Assembly: GCA_944362965.1 (NCBI GenBank)
Contig: CALVTR010000002.1
Span: 80,145-144,144, forward strand
Source of the DNA: an uncultured Clostridia bacterium
GTDB taxonomy: Bacteria; Bacillota; Clostridia; Christensenellales; UBA1242
Reading direction: 5' to 3'
DNA length: 64,000 nt
Position numbers and translations under genes: made by a program. Below, piece after piece: positions 18,804-28,673 of this stretch. Numbering within the stretch: the stretch's first letter is position 1; each line of letters starts with the position of its first letter. The notes beneath the pieces were generated by a model, which was given only the letters and a program-made list of their open reading frames with translations, was not told where the DNA came from and made no database searches.

Positions 18804-19472
18804 ATGAGTTGTCCTATGAATATGACAGGCTTTGGACCTTCCCCTATTCCAGAAGAGGCGAATTGGGTTCAATTAAAAGACATAAAACAAGTTTCTGGAT
18901 TTTCGCATGGTTGTGGAAAATGTGCTCCACAACAAGGCACTTGCAAGCTTACTCTTAATGTTAAAGACGGCATTATCAAAGAAGCTCTTGTGGAGACAAT
19001 CGGTTGCAGTGGTATGACACACTCTGCCGCTATGGCAGCTGAGATACTGCCAGGCAAGACTCTTCTTGAAGCACTCAACACCGACCTTGTTTGTGATGCT
19101 ATCAATGACGCAATGAAAAATATATTCTTGCAACTTGTATACGGAAGAAGTCAATCTGCTTTTTCTGAAAACGGACTTGCAGTAGGCTCTGCACTTGAGG
19201 ATCTTGGAAAAACACTATCTTCAAATGTTGGAACTATCTATTCTCAAGATGGAAAAGGCACGCGTTATCTCAACCTTGCTGAAGGTTACATTACTAAGGA
19301 AGGGCTTGATGAAAATGGTGAAATCATTGGATATGAATATGTTGCTATTGGCAGTCTTATGAAATCTCTTCGCGAAGGTGTGGATGCACAAGAAGCTATC
19401 AAAAAAGCCACAAAAACTTATGGCAGATTTAGTGAAGCGGTCAGCGTGATTGACCCAAGGAGGGACGCCTAA
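18804..19472 (+). CDS. NifU/IscU-like Fe-S scaffold-type protein, partner of the GGGtGRT protein
   Basis: Cys-containing segments GCGKCAPQQGTCKL and ETIGCSGMTHSAAMAAE, then LPGKTLLEAL. The stop overlaps the start of the next gene. Confidence 0.6.
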   Translation: MSCPMNMTGFGPSPIPEEANWVQLKDIKQVSGFSHGCGKCAPQQGTCKLTLNVKDGIIKEALVETIGCSGMTHSAAMAAEILPGKTLLEALNTDLVCDAINDAMKNIFLQLVYGRSQSAFSENGLAVGSALEDLGKTLSSNVGTIYSQDGKGTRYLNLAEGYITKEGLDENGEIIGYEYVAIGSLMKSLREGVDAQEAIKKATKTYGRFSEAVSVIDPRRDA

Positions 19473-20458
19473 TGGATTTAACGGTAAAACAAACAACCAT
19501 TGATGAAACTTTGAAAAAATATGGCATCAAAAGCCTAGATGAAGCAAAACAAATTTGTTTAGATGCTGGAATCAATGTGGAAGAAGTTGTTAAAGGCGTG
19601 CAGCCTATTTGTTTTGACAACGCTGTGAAAGCTTATGAGCTGGGGGTTGCCATTGCACTCAAAACAGGTGCTAAAAAGGCTAGTGACGCTGCCCTTAAGA
19701 TTGGCGAAGGGTTGCAGGCTTACTGTGTGAAAGGTTCTGTTGCTGATGAGCGTAAGATTGGACTTGGGCACGGCAGACTTGGAAGCATGCTTTTAAAAGA
19801 AGAGACCAAGAGTTTCTGTTTCCTTGCAGGTCATGAAAGTTTTGCTGCGGCAGAAGGTGCTATTGGAATTGTTACATCTGCAAACAAAGTTAGAAAAACA
19901 CCGCTTAACGTTATTCTCAATGGTCTTGGCAAAGATGCAGCCTACATTATATCAAGAATAAATGGCTTCACTTTTGTCAACACTTCTTATGACCATAAAA
20001 CCGGTGAGCTTAAAATAGTTGGTAAAAAGGCCTTCTCAAATGGCGAGCGAGCTAAAGTTAAAGTTTATGGTGCTTACGACGTGCCTGAAGGCGTTGCCAT
20101 TATGCAACATGAAAAAGTTGACGTTTCTATTACAGGCAACTCAACAAACCCTATGCGTTTCCAACACCCTGTTGCTGGAATCTACAAAAAATGGTGCTAT
20201 GAAAATGGACATGACTACTTCTCAGTGGCATCAGGTGGCGGCACAGGACGAACACTTCACCCTGACAACATGAGATGCGGTCCTGCAAGTTATGGACTTA
20301 CTGACACTATGGGAAGAATGCATTGCGATGCACAGTTTGCTGGCTCTTCATCTGTTCCTGCTCACGTTGAAATGATGGGCTTTATTGGAATGGGCAACAA
20401 CCCTATTGTTGGTGCTACTGTGGCTCTTTCCGTTGCAGTTGAAACAAGTAGTAAATAA
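19472..20458 (+). CDS. GGGtGRT-family protein (uncharacterised conserved family)
   Basis: 328 aa carrying the signature SGGGTGRTLHPDNM. It is translationally coupled (ATG overlaps the upstream TAA). Confidence 0.75.
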   Translation: MDLTVKQTTIDETLKKYGIKSLDEAKQICLDAGINVEEVVKGVQPICFDNAVKAYELGVAIALKTGAKKASDAALKIGEGLQAYCVKGSVADERKIGLGHGRLGSMLLKEETKSFCFLAGHESFAAAEGAIGIVTSANKVRKTPLNVILNGLGKDAAYIISRINGFTFVNTSYDHKTGELKIVGKKAFSNGERAKVKVYGAYDVPEGVAIMQHEKVDVSITGNSTNPMRFQHPVAGIYKKWCYENGHDYFSVASGGGTGRTLHPDNMRCGPASYGLTDTMGRMHCDAQFAGSSSVPAHVEMMGFIGMGNNPIVGATVALSVAVETSSK

Positions 20459-20484
20459 ATTGTAAAATAAATTATTGATTATAA

Positions 20485-20520
20485 AAAACAAGCTAAAATT
20501 CTTTAATTAGCTTGTTTTTT
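20485..20520 (+). terminator. Rho-independent terminator
   Basis: aaaacaagctaa-N8-ttagcttgtttttt after the stop at 20458. Confidence 0.7.
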
Positions 20521-20630
20521 ACTGTTTTGATAATTTCTTGTGTTTTAATAATTTTTTTAAAACAATATAAGAAAAACTTGAACACTTAAATAAAGTTTAT
20601 TCAGGGAGACGCGGTTTGCGTGAGACAATT

Positions 20631-20722
20631 ACGGCAAGAAAAAGCGGCACATTTTTTGTGCCGCCGCAAAAACTCTTGTTTTTGCCTGCTTTTAACAAGT
20701 TGAAAGCAGATTTTCTTGCCGT
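20631..20722. repeat. Three-hairpin junction element E6
   Basis: Closing stem acggcaagaaaa/ttttcttgccgt. Hairpins are gcggcac-atttttt-gtgccgc, gcaaaaac-tctt-gtttttgc and ctgcttt-taacaagttg-aaagcag. Confidence 0.7.
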
Positions 20723-20764
20723 ATTTAGATTAATAACCTATAAAAATTAGTTTTTCATCATCAA

Positions 20765-22261
20765 TTATTCTATTTCATCGTCTCTATCAAAATAGCTAGC
20801 ACCTTCCACTGGTTTAAGCTTATTGATATCAAAGGCAGCAAAACCTTTTGTTACAAGTTTTTCAAAGTCGCCTTCATAGAAAATGCAAACATCTTCAAAC
20901 TGAGTTTTAAGTTCATTTATCGCATTATCAATGAAGGCTTGTCTGTCTTCTTCTGTTGAGAATTTATTATTGTCTATTGAATAATCATAGCCATTTTTAA
21001 AATATGAACACAAAAATCTTATCAAATGCAAGAAATAGTAGTCACTTTGTTCAATCATATACCTTCTATAACGTGCACTAAGTTCTGCGTCATAGAAATA
21101 TTTTTCTGACTTCATAGGGTCATTACGTTTTACTGAGAACAATGAAAAAGCGTAATTTCTTGGATAAAAGCCTCCCCTGATGTTATGTGAATTAGGATTT
21201 AACATGATGGTTGCATCACCATTAACTCTGTAAACTACCCTATGCTTCAGTTGTTTCTCACCGTTTTTTGTTTCTCTTTCAAATCTTATTTTTCCATTGC
21301 TTTCTACACTTGCAATATGTTGAGATAAGATATCAAGCATTTCCTTTTCGCTAATTTTTTCTACTGGGAACATATCAAGCATATTTGACAAAGTGTTTTT
21401 GAACTTCTGTAGTTTATCATAAGAAATACTGCTTTCAAATTCAGTTGCTTCAGTATGTTCTTCATCTTCATAAACTATTTCATCTTGCAATCTGCGGCGA
21501 ATCTCGCCAAGAGTATCATTGTCAACTTCACCAATATAATTTTTTATTCTTTGTGGAGAAATCACTTTCAAAACTGGAACGAGATAGCTTGTGAGATCGG
21601 TAAATTTGCCAACTTCGTAGCTGTCTTTTTTAAGTTTGTCAGTAAGCGGAACACAATAATATACGCATTTATTTTTACTTCTACCAATTATCACGACCGG
21701 TCTTTCGCCGCCAAACTCTTCTCCAACAACAGGATTTAGATCTGCAAAGTATACGCCCTTTATCTTAATCTCTCTATCTTTTCTGTAATAGCGATTTTCA
21801 ATCATTTTGAACTCAACATGGTTGCCTATTTGCACATGTCCCATTTTAGCTAGCAGTCTGCACCTTGCGTCAGCTTTTACCATATTTTCCCATTCTTCAA
21901 TACGAGTGCTATATAGCGACTTTATTAAGGCTTCCTGTATTTGTTTCCCTGCTTCTTCGGCAAGCTTTTCAAATTCTTCCTTTAAAGTGCCAATTTCGGT
22001 ATACTTGCTTGCTATATAGTCAACAAGCGTCCTTTTAAGTTTTGTCTCTAGGGTTTTATTTCCGCATTGAATGTAAATCTCATTATTATATAACTTTAAA
22101 AGCACATTCTCTTTGCTGTGCGTGTCTTGAACTGTAAGTATAATTTGGCTGCTATCTGGCTTTAATTTTTCAAAAGACAACACGTCATACCCTTTCTTAA
22201 ATACCTTAAGAAAAGGAACCTTTAGTTCTTCTAAATCTAGACATATTTTAAAATCACTCAT
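20765..22261 (-). CDS. Large multidomain protein with an embedded MazF/PemK-like domain
   Basis: 498 aa. Residues about 165-275 read KGVYFADLNPVVGEEFGGERPVVIIGRSKN...VISPQRIKNYIGEVDNDTLGEIRRRL, parallel to the canonical MazF at 8942..9289. The flanking domains of roughly 165 aa (N-terminal) and 220 aa (C-terminal) are unassigned. Confidence 0.7.
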   Translation of the reverse strand: MSDFKICLDLEELKVPFLKVFKKGYDVLSFEKLKPDSSQIILTVQDTHSKENVLLKLYNNEIYIQCGNKTLETKLKRTLVDYIASKYTEIGTLKEEFEKLAEEAGKQIQEALIKSLYSTRIEEWENMVKADARCRLLAKMGHVQIGNHVEFKMIENRYYRKDREIKIKGVYFADLNPVVGEEFGGERPVVIIGRSKNKCVYYCVPLTDKLKKDSYEVGKFTDLTSYLVPVLKVISPQRIKNYIGEVDNDTLGEIRRRLQDEIVYEDEEHTEATEFESSISYDKLQKFKNTLSNMLDMFPVEKISEKEMLDILSQHIASVESNGKIRFERETKNGEKQLKHRVVYRVNGDATIMLNPNSHNIRGGFYPRNYAFSLFSVKRNDPMKSEKYFYDAELSARYRRYMIEQSDYYFLHLIRFLCSYFKNGYDYSIDNNKFSTEEDRQAFIDNAINELKTQFEDVCIFYEGDFEKLVTKGFAAFDINKLKPVEGASYFDRDDEIE

Positions 22262-22371
22262 CTTTATCTCCTATGTTTATTATACAACAATAAAATGTCA
22301 ACGTCAATACTTATTAATACTTGTTTGACATTTTATTTGACCTAAAATTACTTTTTTTATATAATAAAAAT

Positions 22372-23031
22372 ATGATACAAATAAGAAAAAGTTGGTATGA
22401 ACTGCTAAAAGACGAATTTAATAAAGATTATTTCAAAAAATTGCAAGAATTTTTAAAAGAAGAATATTCTACTCGAGAGATTTATCCAAGTGAGCAAAAT
22501 ATCTTTAATGCTTTAAATCATGTTCCACTTGATAAAATAAAGGTTGTTATAATCGGGCAAGACCCTTATCATGAGCCAAATCAAGCTCAAGGGTTATCCT
22601 TCTCTGTGCCAGAGAATGTTGACATTCCCCCTTCGCTTGTCAATATAATGAAAGAGATTGAAGACGACCTACATATAACCTGCTATAAAAATGGCAATCT
22701 TGAACGTTGGGCAAATCAAGGCGTGCTGCTTTTGAACACTGTTTTAACTGTTCGACGTGGAATGGCTAATTCACATAAGGACAAAGGTTGGGAGATTTTG
22801 ACGAGAAGGATTATTGAAATTGTCGGGCAGAGAGAGAAACCTGCTGTGTTTATGCTTTGGGGCTCTTATGCACAAAGTTTTGCACCGCTTATCGCCAAAC
22901 AACACCTTGTTTTAAAAGCTCCACACCCTAGTCCGCTTTCGGCATATCGTGGTTTCTTTGGATGCAAACATTTTTCTAAGTGCAATGAATTTTTGATAAA
23001 AAACGGAGAAAGCCCGATAGATTGGAGATAG
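22372..23031 (+). CDS. ung: Uracil-DNA glycosylase
   Basis: GQDPYH, a LLLNTVLTV-type motif and HPSPLSAYRGFFG. The ATG at 22372 is the likely start. Confidence 0.9.
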   Translation: MIQIRKSWYELLKDEFNKDYFKKLQEFLKEEYSTREIYPSEQNIFNALNHVPLDKIKVVIIGQDPYHEPNQAQGLSFSVPENVDIPPSLVNIMKEIEDDLHITCYKNGNLERWANQGVLLLNTVLTVRRGMANSHKDKGWEILTRRIIEIVGQREKPAVFMLWGSYAQSFAPLIAKQHLVLKAPHPSPLSAYRGFFGCKHFSKCNEFLIKNGESPIDWR

Positions 23032-23117
23032 CTTGCAATCATATCAAAAAAAATGTTTAGCCAAATTGTTTATAAAAGGCAAGCTTTCATTTTAAAAAAT
23101 AAATAATTTTTATGTGC

Positions 23118-23148
23118 AAAAAACGCAGACTTAATTGTCTGCGTTTTT
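23118..23148. terminator. Bidirectional rho-independent terminator
   Basis: aaaaacgcagac-ttaatt-gtctgcgttttt between convergent genes. Confidence 0.7.
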
Positions 23149-23201
23149 ATATCTATAGTGAAAATTTATTTTATAATCCTTAGAATTATCTTGTTTCTCT
23201 T

Positions 23202-24362
23202 TTACTCAGCATCAGCTGTATCGTCAGCGTCGTCATCAGACTTTAGACTATCAATAGCTTCTTGAAGGTTTTTGATATCTTCTTTGATTTGTGCGTTTTG
23301 AGATGTGAGTAAATTGAAGATTTGTTCAAGAAGTGGGTATCTTTCTGCATTCTTTTCCATTACTTCTTCGCAATGTTGAACTGAAAGCTTAAGACCATCA
23401 TAAAGGTCAAGGTCTTCTGCAAGCTTCTTTGCCTTTTCTTCATCAAGGTCTGCATAGTTGTTTACGCCATAAAGAACAGTCTTTTGTTTTGCAACAAGAG
23501 CTTCTTTTCTTTGAAGTTTCTTCTTATCGCTGTCAAGAGTTTTCTTTATTCTTCTTAGTGGAATAAACTCTTTCTTGCACTTGCGAAGTTCTTTCTCGTT
23601 TGCCTTCAATCTTTCTTGTTCTTCAGCAAGTTTTGCTTCAAGTTCTTCAAGTGACATTGCAGAAGCAAGAGCATTTGAATCATCCTTAACTTCTTCATAT
23701 GTATTTTCTATAGTTGCATCTTTTACTTCAGCCTTCTTTGGCTCTTCTGCTGGCTTCTCTTCAACAGGCTCTTCGCTCTCTTCAGTTGTTTCTTCTGTTT
23801 CTTCGGTTTCGTCTGTTAAATCAACTGTATTGTCGTCTTCTTCGCTTTCTTCGGTCTCTTCAGCTTCTTCCTGTGCACTTTGCATTCTTGCAAGTCTTTC
23901 CATAAGCTCACGACGACGTTGTTTGATGAAGTCAGTTGTGTCGTCTTCTTCCTCTTCGGTCTCTTCAGTTGTTTCTGTCTCTTCTGCAGGTGTTTCTTCT
24001 TCAGTTTCTTCTGTTTCGTTTGTCTCTTCGGTCTCTTCAGGCTCTTCTTCTACAGTTTGTGTTGCAGACTCAGCCTCTGGGTTGTAATCTTCAACAATAA
24101 CGCCGCCATTATTTGCGCCATTATAAAGAATTGTTGCAATTTCTGGGTCTTTTTTAACTTGGTCAGCTTTTTCAAGAGCGTCAACTCTCTTTCTTAAATC
24201 AGCTGTTTCTTCTTGTTGTTTCTTTGATATTGCATCTGTATCCTTGTTTTTATGTGAAAGACTCATAAAAAGGTCGCCCATAAAATATAGGAGAAATCCA
24301 CCTGCTACAATAATTCCAAGAACAACAACTACGGTAATAATTACAGAACTCATAATTTTCAC
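23202..24362 (-). CDS. Membrane-anchored, highly acidic Glu/Thr-repeat coiled-coil protein (unknown function)
   Basis: 386 aa with an N-terminal TM, EETEETxE repeats, then a K/E-rich coiled coil. The antisense Ser-rich ORFs are artefacts of the repeat. Confidence 0.6.
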   Translation of the reverse strand: MKIMSSVIITVVVVLGIIVAGGFLLYFMGDLFMSLSHKNKDTDAISKKQQEETADLRKRVDALEKADQVKKDPEIATILYNGANNGGVIVEDYNPEAESATQTVEEEPEETEETNETEETEEETPAEETETTEETEEEEDDTTDFIKQRRRELMERLARMQSAQEEAEETEESEEDDNTVDLTDETEETEETTEESEEPVEEKPAEEPKKAEVKDATIENTYEEVKDDSNALASAMSLEELEAKLAEEQERLKANEKELRKCKKEFIPLRRIKKTLDSDKKKLQRKEALVAKQKTVLYGVNNYADLDEEKAKKLAEDLDLYDGLKLSVQHCEEVMEKNAERYPLLEQIFNLLTSQNAQIKEDIKNLQEAIDSLKSDDDADDTADAE

Positions 24363-24411
24363 TTCCTTTTCTTATTTTTGTTTTGGCATTTTTTTTGGGC
24401 CCATGCTTTTT

Positions 24412-24808
24412 TGGTGGAGACGGCGGGAATTGAACCCGCTTCCGAAAAACTTGTTTAAAACTTTTCTACATGTTTAGTTTATGTTATTTTTTAATTATTA
24501 ACCCGAACATAAACAAAATTAAGTTAATAACTAGCCTTTGTTTTTATAAATAGAGTCAAGGCTTTTTCTATTTACAGAGCACCGCTTAAACCCTTAGAGC
24601 AACTTGGTGAAATTGCAATGGGTTGATTGAAAATTGTTCAATCGTGATTTTTTTGTGTTCGATTAGGCAGCGTAAGCTAAGCTTGCATTGTCCATACGAA
24701 CAACTTTGTTTTCGTTTGCGTTTATTTGCGCGTGTCCTTTTTAGGTGTAGACTCACCACATGCTTTACATTTTAACCAATGCTCCCCGTCGAAACCAATA
24801 ACGCCCCC
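24412..24808 (-). ncRNA. ssrA: tmRNA (SsrA)
   Basis: The minus strand starts GGGGGCGTTATTGGTTTCGACGGGGA and ends GGGAATTGAACCCGCCGTCTCCACCA. A candidate tag frame reads ..ANENKVVRMDNASLAYAA-stop. It lies directly downstream of smpB. Confidence 0.9.
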
Positions 24809-24823
24809 AAGCGTTAGCGGTTG

Positions 24824-25264
24824 TTACCTTTTAAGCACTCGGTCAAGGTCCCTCTGGACTGCCCTTTCCTTTAGAACCTGTCTCTTATCATAAAGTTTTT
24901 TACCTTTCGCAAGTCCTATTTCAACCTTAGCTTTTCCGCCGCTCATATATACCTTTGTTGGCACTATTGAGTAGCCTTTTTCTAAGGTCTTACGTTCAAG
25001 TGAAAGGATTTCAGCCTTATGTAAGAGTAACTTCCTTGTTCGCTTTGTCTCACTGTCAAGGTGACTTGAATTTTCAGTAGGTGCAATATAGCAATTTCTT
25101 AAATACGCTTGCCCGTCTTTTATGACAACATAGCTGTCACTGAGACTAATCTTGCCCTTACTTACTGATTTAATCTCACCGCCTTTCAGCTCGATGCCGG
25201 CTTCAAGTAAGTCTGAAACGAAGAAATTATGGTAGGCTTTTTTATTATTAGTCAGTATCCTCAT
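24824..25264 (-). CDS. smpB: SsrA-binding protein SmpB
   Basis: NKKAYHNFFVSDLLEAGIELKGGEIKS... and a KRQVLKERAVQRD tail. The start at the internal Met (25264) is preferred. Confidence 0.9.
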   Translation of the reverse strand: MRILTNNKKAYHNFFVSDLLEAGIELKGGEIKSVSKGKISLSDSYVVIKDGQAYLRNCYIAPTENSSHLDSETKRTRKLLLHKAEILSLERKTLEKGYSIVPTKVYMSGGKAKVEIGLAKGKKLYDKRQVLKERAVQRDLDRVLKR

Positions 25265-25552
25265 CTCGTCTCCTATTATAACACTGATTGCAATGATTTT
25301 CAATACCCTATTTAAAAAAAATTGATAAAATGTTAAATTTTTTGCAATTTTCTTTAAAAAAACGAGTAAAAATCACTTTTTTTCGACTTTTTAGCATAAA
25401 AAACATAAATTTTGGAAATTTTTATCTTTGCCATTATGTATTTATACGTTCACTTATATTTTACACTATTTTTAAAATAAAATATACTTTTTTCAAAAGA
25501 AAAATATAAAAAACTTGAATTAAATGTCGGAAGTGGGTTCTGTGGATTAATA

Positions 25553-25692
25553 GGGGTTTGCGTGAGAGAAGAGCCACGCGGAAACGCACGCCTGACAAGG
25601 CGTGCAAGGGCTTTTTGAGAGAAAAGCCCTAAATTTTGAAAACTCGTTTTTCAAAATTTGTTTCCGCGTGCCCTTTTTCTCACGCACACCCC
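25553..25692. repeat. Three-hairpin junction element E7 (double closing stem)
   Basis: Nested stems ggggtttgcgtgaga/tctcacgcacacccc and ccacgcggaaac/gtttccgcgtg. Hairpins are gcacgcc-tgacaa-ggcgtgc, agggctttt-tgagag-aaaagccct and aaattttgaaaa-ctcg-tttttcaaaattt. Confidence 0.7.
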
Positions 25693-25790
25693 TTTTCTTA
25701 TATATAAAAGCCACTGTTAAACAAATCAAAAATTTGCCAAACGCTCTCGTCAACTAATTTAATAAAAAAGAGCAAGTTTACCCCTGCCCT

Positions 25791-27887
25791 TTATTTTATA
25801 AATCTTACAAATTCAAAGTCTATCTTTCGAGTGTAGATATTTGATGCTGTCAATTTGACAACTATCTTGTCGCCAACTGAGAAAGAAAGCTTTTGTCCTT
25901 TAAGTTTAAGTTGTTTTTCAAATAGCAAGAAACCGCTATCTGGCAAATCTTCCACCTTTATCATACCTTCAACGGTGTTAGGGAGTTCAACAAAGATACC
26001 AAAATTGGTGACAGAAGAAACAACTCCTTCAAACTCTTGACCAACTTTATCTCGCATAAGATATGCTTTCCATAGGTCGTCAACTTCACGTTCACACTTG
26101 TCGGCATTCTTTTCAGTTAGGCTTGATTGCTCGCCTGCTTCAAAAGTAAAGCTTTCAAGTTCTGCCTTTCTTTGCTCGCCTAATGTCTTTTTATGCAACA
26201 CTTCTTTGATGATTCTATGAATTGTAAGGTCTGGATAACGGCGAATTGGCGAAGTGAAATGGCAGTAATACTTGAGTGCCAAGCCAAAGTGACCTAGACA
26301 CTGATTGGTATATCTTGCCTTTTGCATAGAGCGAAGAATGACTTTGTTGACAGTTTCGGTGTAAGACTGACCGCTACAACGTTTGATTAACTCTTGATAA
26401 TACTCTGGCGTGATATTGTCAGGCAATGCTGGAACTTTTATTCCCAGTCCCTTTAAATATTCAATAACATTTTCAGCTTTTTCCTTTCTTGGACTTTCAT
26501 GCACGCGGTATAGGAAAGGTATCTTGTTATCACAATATTCTTTTGCCACCGTTTGATTTGCAAGCACCATAAAGTCTTCAATAAGGCGGTGTGCATCATT
26601 GCGCTCGCGTTTTGTGAAGTCAACAGCCATGCCATTTTCGTCAAATACAAATTGCACTTCTGGGATTTCAAAATCAAGAGAGCCTGCTGCTGCCTTCTTT
26701 GCCTGGATTTTCTTAGATATTTCATGCATAAGTTTAAGCTCTTCTTTGACGCTTTCTGTTTTTTCGTCGGCTAGCTGGTCACAGAGAACTTTATAGACAT
26801 TTGTATAGTTAAGTCTTGCCTTGCTTTTTATAACGCTCTCACAAATTTGATGAGAGATGACATTTGCATTTTCATCAAGCGTCATAATGCAAGATAACGT
26901 CAATCTTTCAACGCCTTCATTGAGTGAGCATATGCCATTTGAGAGCTCTTTAGGAAGCATTGGAAGCACAGATGTTGGAAAGTAAACACTTGTGCCACGA
27001 TTGTAGGCTTCTTCGTCTAGCAAGCTGTCATACTTAACATACTCGCCAACATCGGCAATGTGGACACCTAAGATATAGCCATTTTCTGTTTTTTCTATTG
27101 ACACGGCGTCATCTAAGTCTTTTGCGTCTTCGCCGTCTATTGTGAAAGTCACCTTATCAGTAAGGTCAAGTCTGCCCTTCTTCTGCTCTTCGGTCACCTT
27201 TTGTGGCAACGCATTTGCTTCTTCTAGCACTTCAGAAGAAAAGGTTTCATATAGCTGATGGTCGCGAATTATTGCAAGTTCACAAGCCTTAACGTCATCA
27301 CTTTTGCCAAGAACTTCTGTTACCACGCCTAAAAATTTGCCGTTATGACGGGTTAAGTTTATAACAACCCTGTCATCTTCCCTTGCACGAAGTCCACCCT
27401 TAATTAGCAAGATTTTAAAAGGTATACGAGTGTTGTCTGGTTCAACAAAAAGATTGCCGCCAACCTTTTCCACAACTCCCGCAACACTTTTGACAGGCTT
27501 AAAGATGCTGACAACTTGCCCGTCACTTTCGTTGCCATTTTTTGATAAAATCTTAACAATTACGCGGTCTCCATCGACGGCACCATTTTGCATATTTGCT
27601 GGAATAAAGACATCTTCTTCACTAGAATTGTCTATTTGACAAAAGCCAAAACCTTTTGCATTGCCAACGAAAGTTCCGCGCATATAGTCGCCTGATGGCA
27701 CAACCACATACTTATCTTTTTGCTCTTTATATATAAGCCCATCTTTTTCAAGTTTTTTAAAATCACTCTTTACTTCTTCATAGGCAATACCATATGTATT
27801 TTCTATAAAATAAAAAAGATTGTCTAGCCTTTTGAAAGCCAAACCATCTTTTTTTAACAGCTCTAGTATTATATTTTTAGCCTGCAC
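25791..27887 (-). CDS. rnr: Ribonuclease R
   Basis: 698 aa with cold-shock-like N-terminal domains, an RNB core (..DGEDAKDLDDAVS.., HFGLALKYYCHFTSPIRRYPD) and a C-terminal S1 domain (GVVSSVTNFGIFVEL). Confidence 0.9.
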   Translation of the reverse strand: MQAKNIILELLKKDGLAFKRLDNLFYFIENTYGIAYEEVKSDFKKLEKDGLIYKEQKDKYVVVPSGDYMRGTFVGNAKGFGFCQIDNSSEEDVFIPANMQNGAVDGDRVIVKILSKNGNESDGQVVSIFKPVKSVAGVVEKVGGNLFVEPDNTRIPFKILLIKGGLRAREDDRVVINLTRHNGKFLGVVTEVLGKSDDVKACELAIIRDHQLYETFSSEVLEEANALPQKVTEEQKKGRLDLTDKVTFTIDGEDAKDLDDAVSIEKTENGYILGVHIADVGEYVKYDSLLDEEAYNRGTSVYFPTSVLPMLPKELSNGICSLNEGVERLTLSCIMTLDENANVISHQICESVIKSKARLNYTNVYKVLCDQLADEKTESVKEELKLMHEISKKIQAKKAAAGSLDFEIPEVQFVFDENGMAVDFTKRERNDAHRLIEDFMVLANQTVAKEYCDNKIPFLYRVHESPRKEKAENVIEYLKGLGIKVPALPDNITPEYYQELIKRCSGQSYTETVNKVILRSMQKARYTNQCLGHFGLALKYYCHFTSPIRRYPDLTIHRIIKEVLHKKTLGEQRKAELESFTFEAGEQSSLTEKNADKCEREVDDLWKAYLMRDKVGQEFEGVVSSVTNFGIFVELPNTVEGMIKVEDLPDSGFLLFEKQLKLKGQKLSFSVGDKIVVKLTASNIYTRKIDFEFVRFIK

Positions 27888-27889
27888 TG

Positions 27890-28189
27890 TTATACACCTA
27901 TGAACAATTCAGTTACAAAGAATAATATTATACATATAAAGATTATTATTCCCATAGAAATAGTTATTCTCTTTAAAATACTGTCACGTGACGCGCCCTT
28001 ATTTTGCGAATAGTAGCTCTCTTGGCTTGCACCTGTGAAAGCGTCTAGGCTTTTTGACGAATCATTTGATTGCATAAGTGTTGTAATTATCATAACTATT
28101 GCAGCGGCTATTATTATTCCAAATAACACATATCTAAATATTGGAAGAAAGTCAGCCCAAAAGTCACTTACAAGTTGATCATTATTCAT
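27890..28189 (-). CDS. secG: Probable preprotein translocase subunit SecG
   Basis: 99-aa two-TM protein with a central LMQSNDSS...FTGAS loop. Its position immediately upstream of rnr-smpB-ssrA matches Firmicutes synteny. Confidence 0.6.
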   Translation of the reverse strand: MNNDQLVSDFWADFLPIFRYVLFGIIIAAAIVMIITTLMQSNDSSKSLDAFTGASQESYYSQNKGASRDSILKRITISMGIIIFICIILFFVTELFIGV

Positions 28190-28202
28190 TGTTTATTCTC
28201 CT

Positions 28203-28442
28203 TTATAATCTAGTTAAGGTGCAGAACCATATTGTGAGAAGCACAAATATTATCAAAAATATAATTTGCACCCATTTTATTTTCATTTTTGTTTTGTTTA
28301 TTGATGCACTTAATATATTTTTTAGTAGCCATAGTGAACATACTGCGAACACACATATAAGCACTATAAGCCAAGTGTTACCTAAGCCATCATGTATAGC
28401 TCTTCCCCAATCATCAAACCAATTCAAAAGTAGACTATTCAT
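28203..28442 (-). CDS. Small membrane protein (unknown)
   Basis: 79-aa ORF with two hydrophobic helices, tandem with secG. Confidence 0.4.
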   Translation of the reverse strand: MNSLLLNWFDDWGRAIHDGLGNTWLIVLICVFAVCSLWLLKNILSASINKTKMKIKWVQIIFLIIFVLLTIWFCTLTRL

Positions 28443-28626
28443 TTTTACCCCTTTTGCCTTATTTTAGCACAACTTAATCGCAATTTCAATACATTGATGA
28501 AATTTTAAAGAGCATATTACCTTTTTATTATAAACATTTTAGAAATTAAGTCAAATAAATATCAAGGTTTTCAAGTTTTTTATTAAAATCTTTTGTCTAA
28601 TTTTAGTAAAAAGTGCTTGGCTAAAT

Positions 28627-28659
28627 AAAAAACACCTTTCTTTTAAAAAGGTGTCTTTT
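28627..28659 (-). terminator. Rho-independent terminator
   Basis: The minus strand reads aaaagacaccttt-ttaaaag-aaaggtgtttttt, downstream of 28674..28898. Confidence 0.65.
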
Positions 28660-28673
28660 AGCTTGGCTTTTTA

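Noticed and set aside
23575-24197. Ser/Leu-rich plus-strand ORFs (170, 63 and 105 aa) inside 23202..24362
   Set aside because: These are mirror-frame artefacts of the GAA/GAG/ACN repeat that encodes the Glu/Thr-rich protein on the minus strand. The minus-strand ORF is longer and has a TM anchor and an RBS.
24244-24477. 77-aa plus-strand ORF reaching into the tmRNA 3' end
   Set aside because: It is antisense to the start of the acidic protein gene and to ssrA, and has no coding signal.
25547-25753. 68-aa ORF on the minus strand between smpB and rnr
   Set aside because: It lies entirely within junction element E7. It has no RBS, and the sequence is explained by nested inverted repeats.
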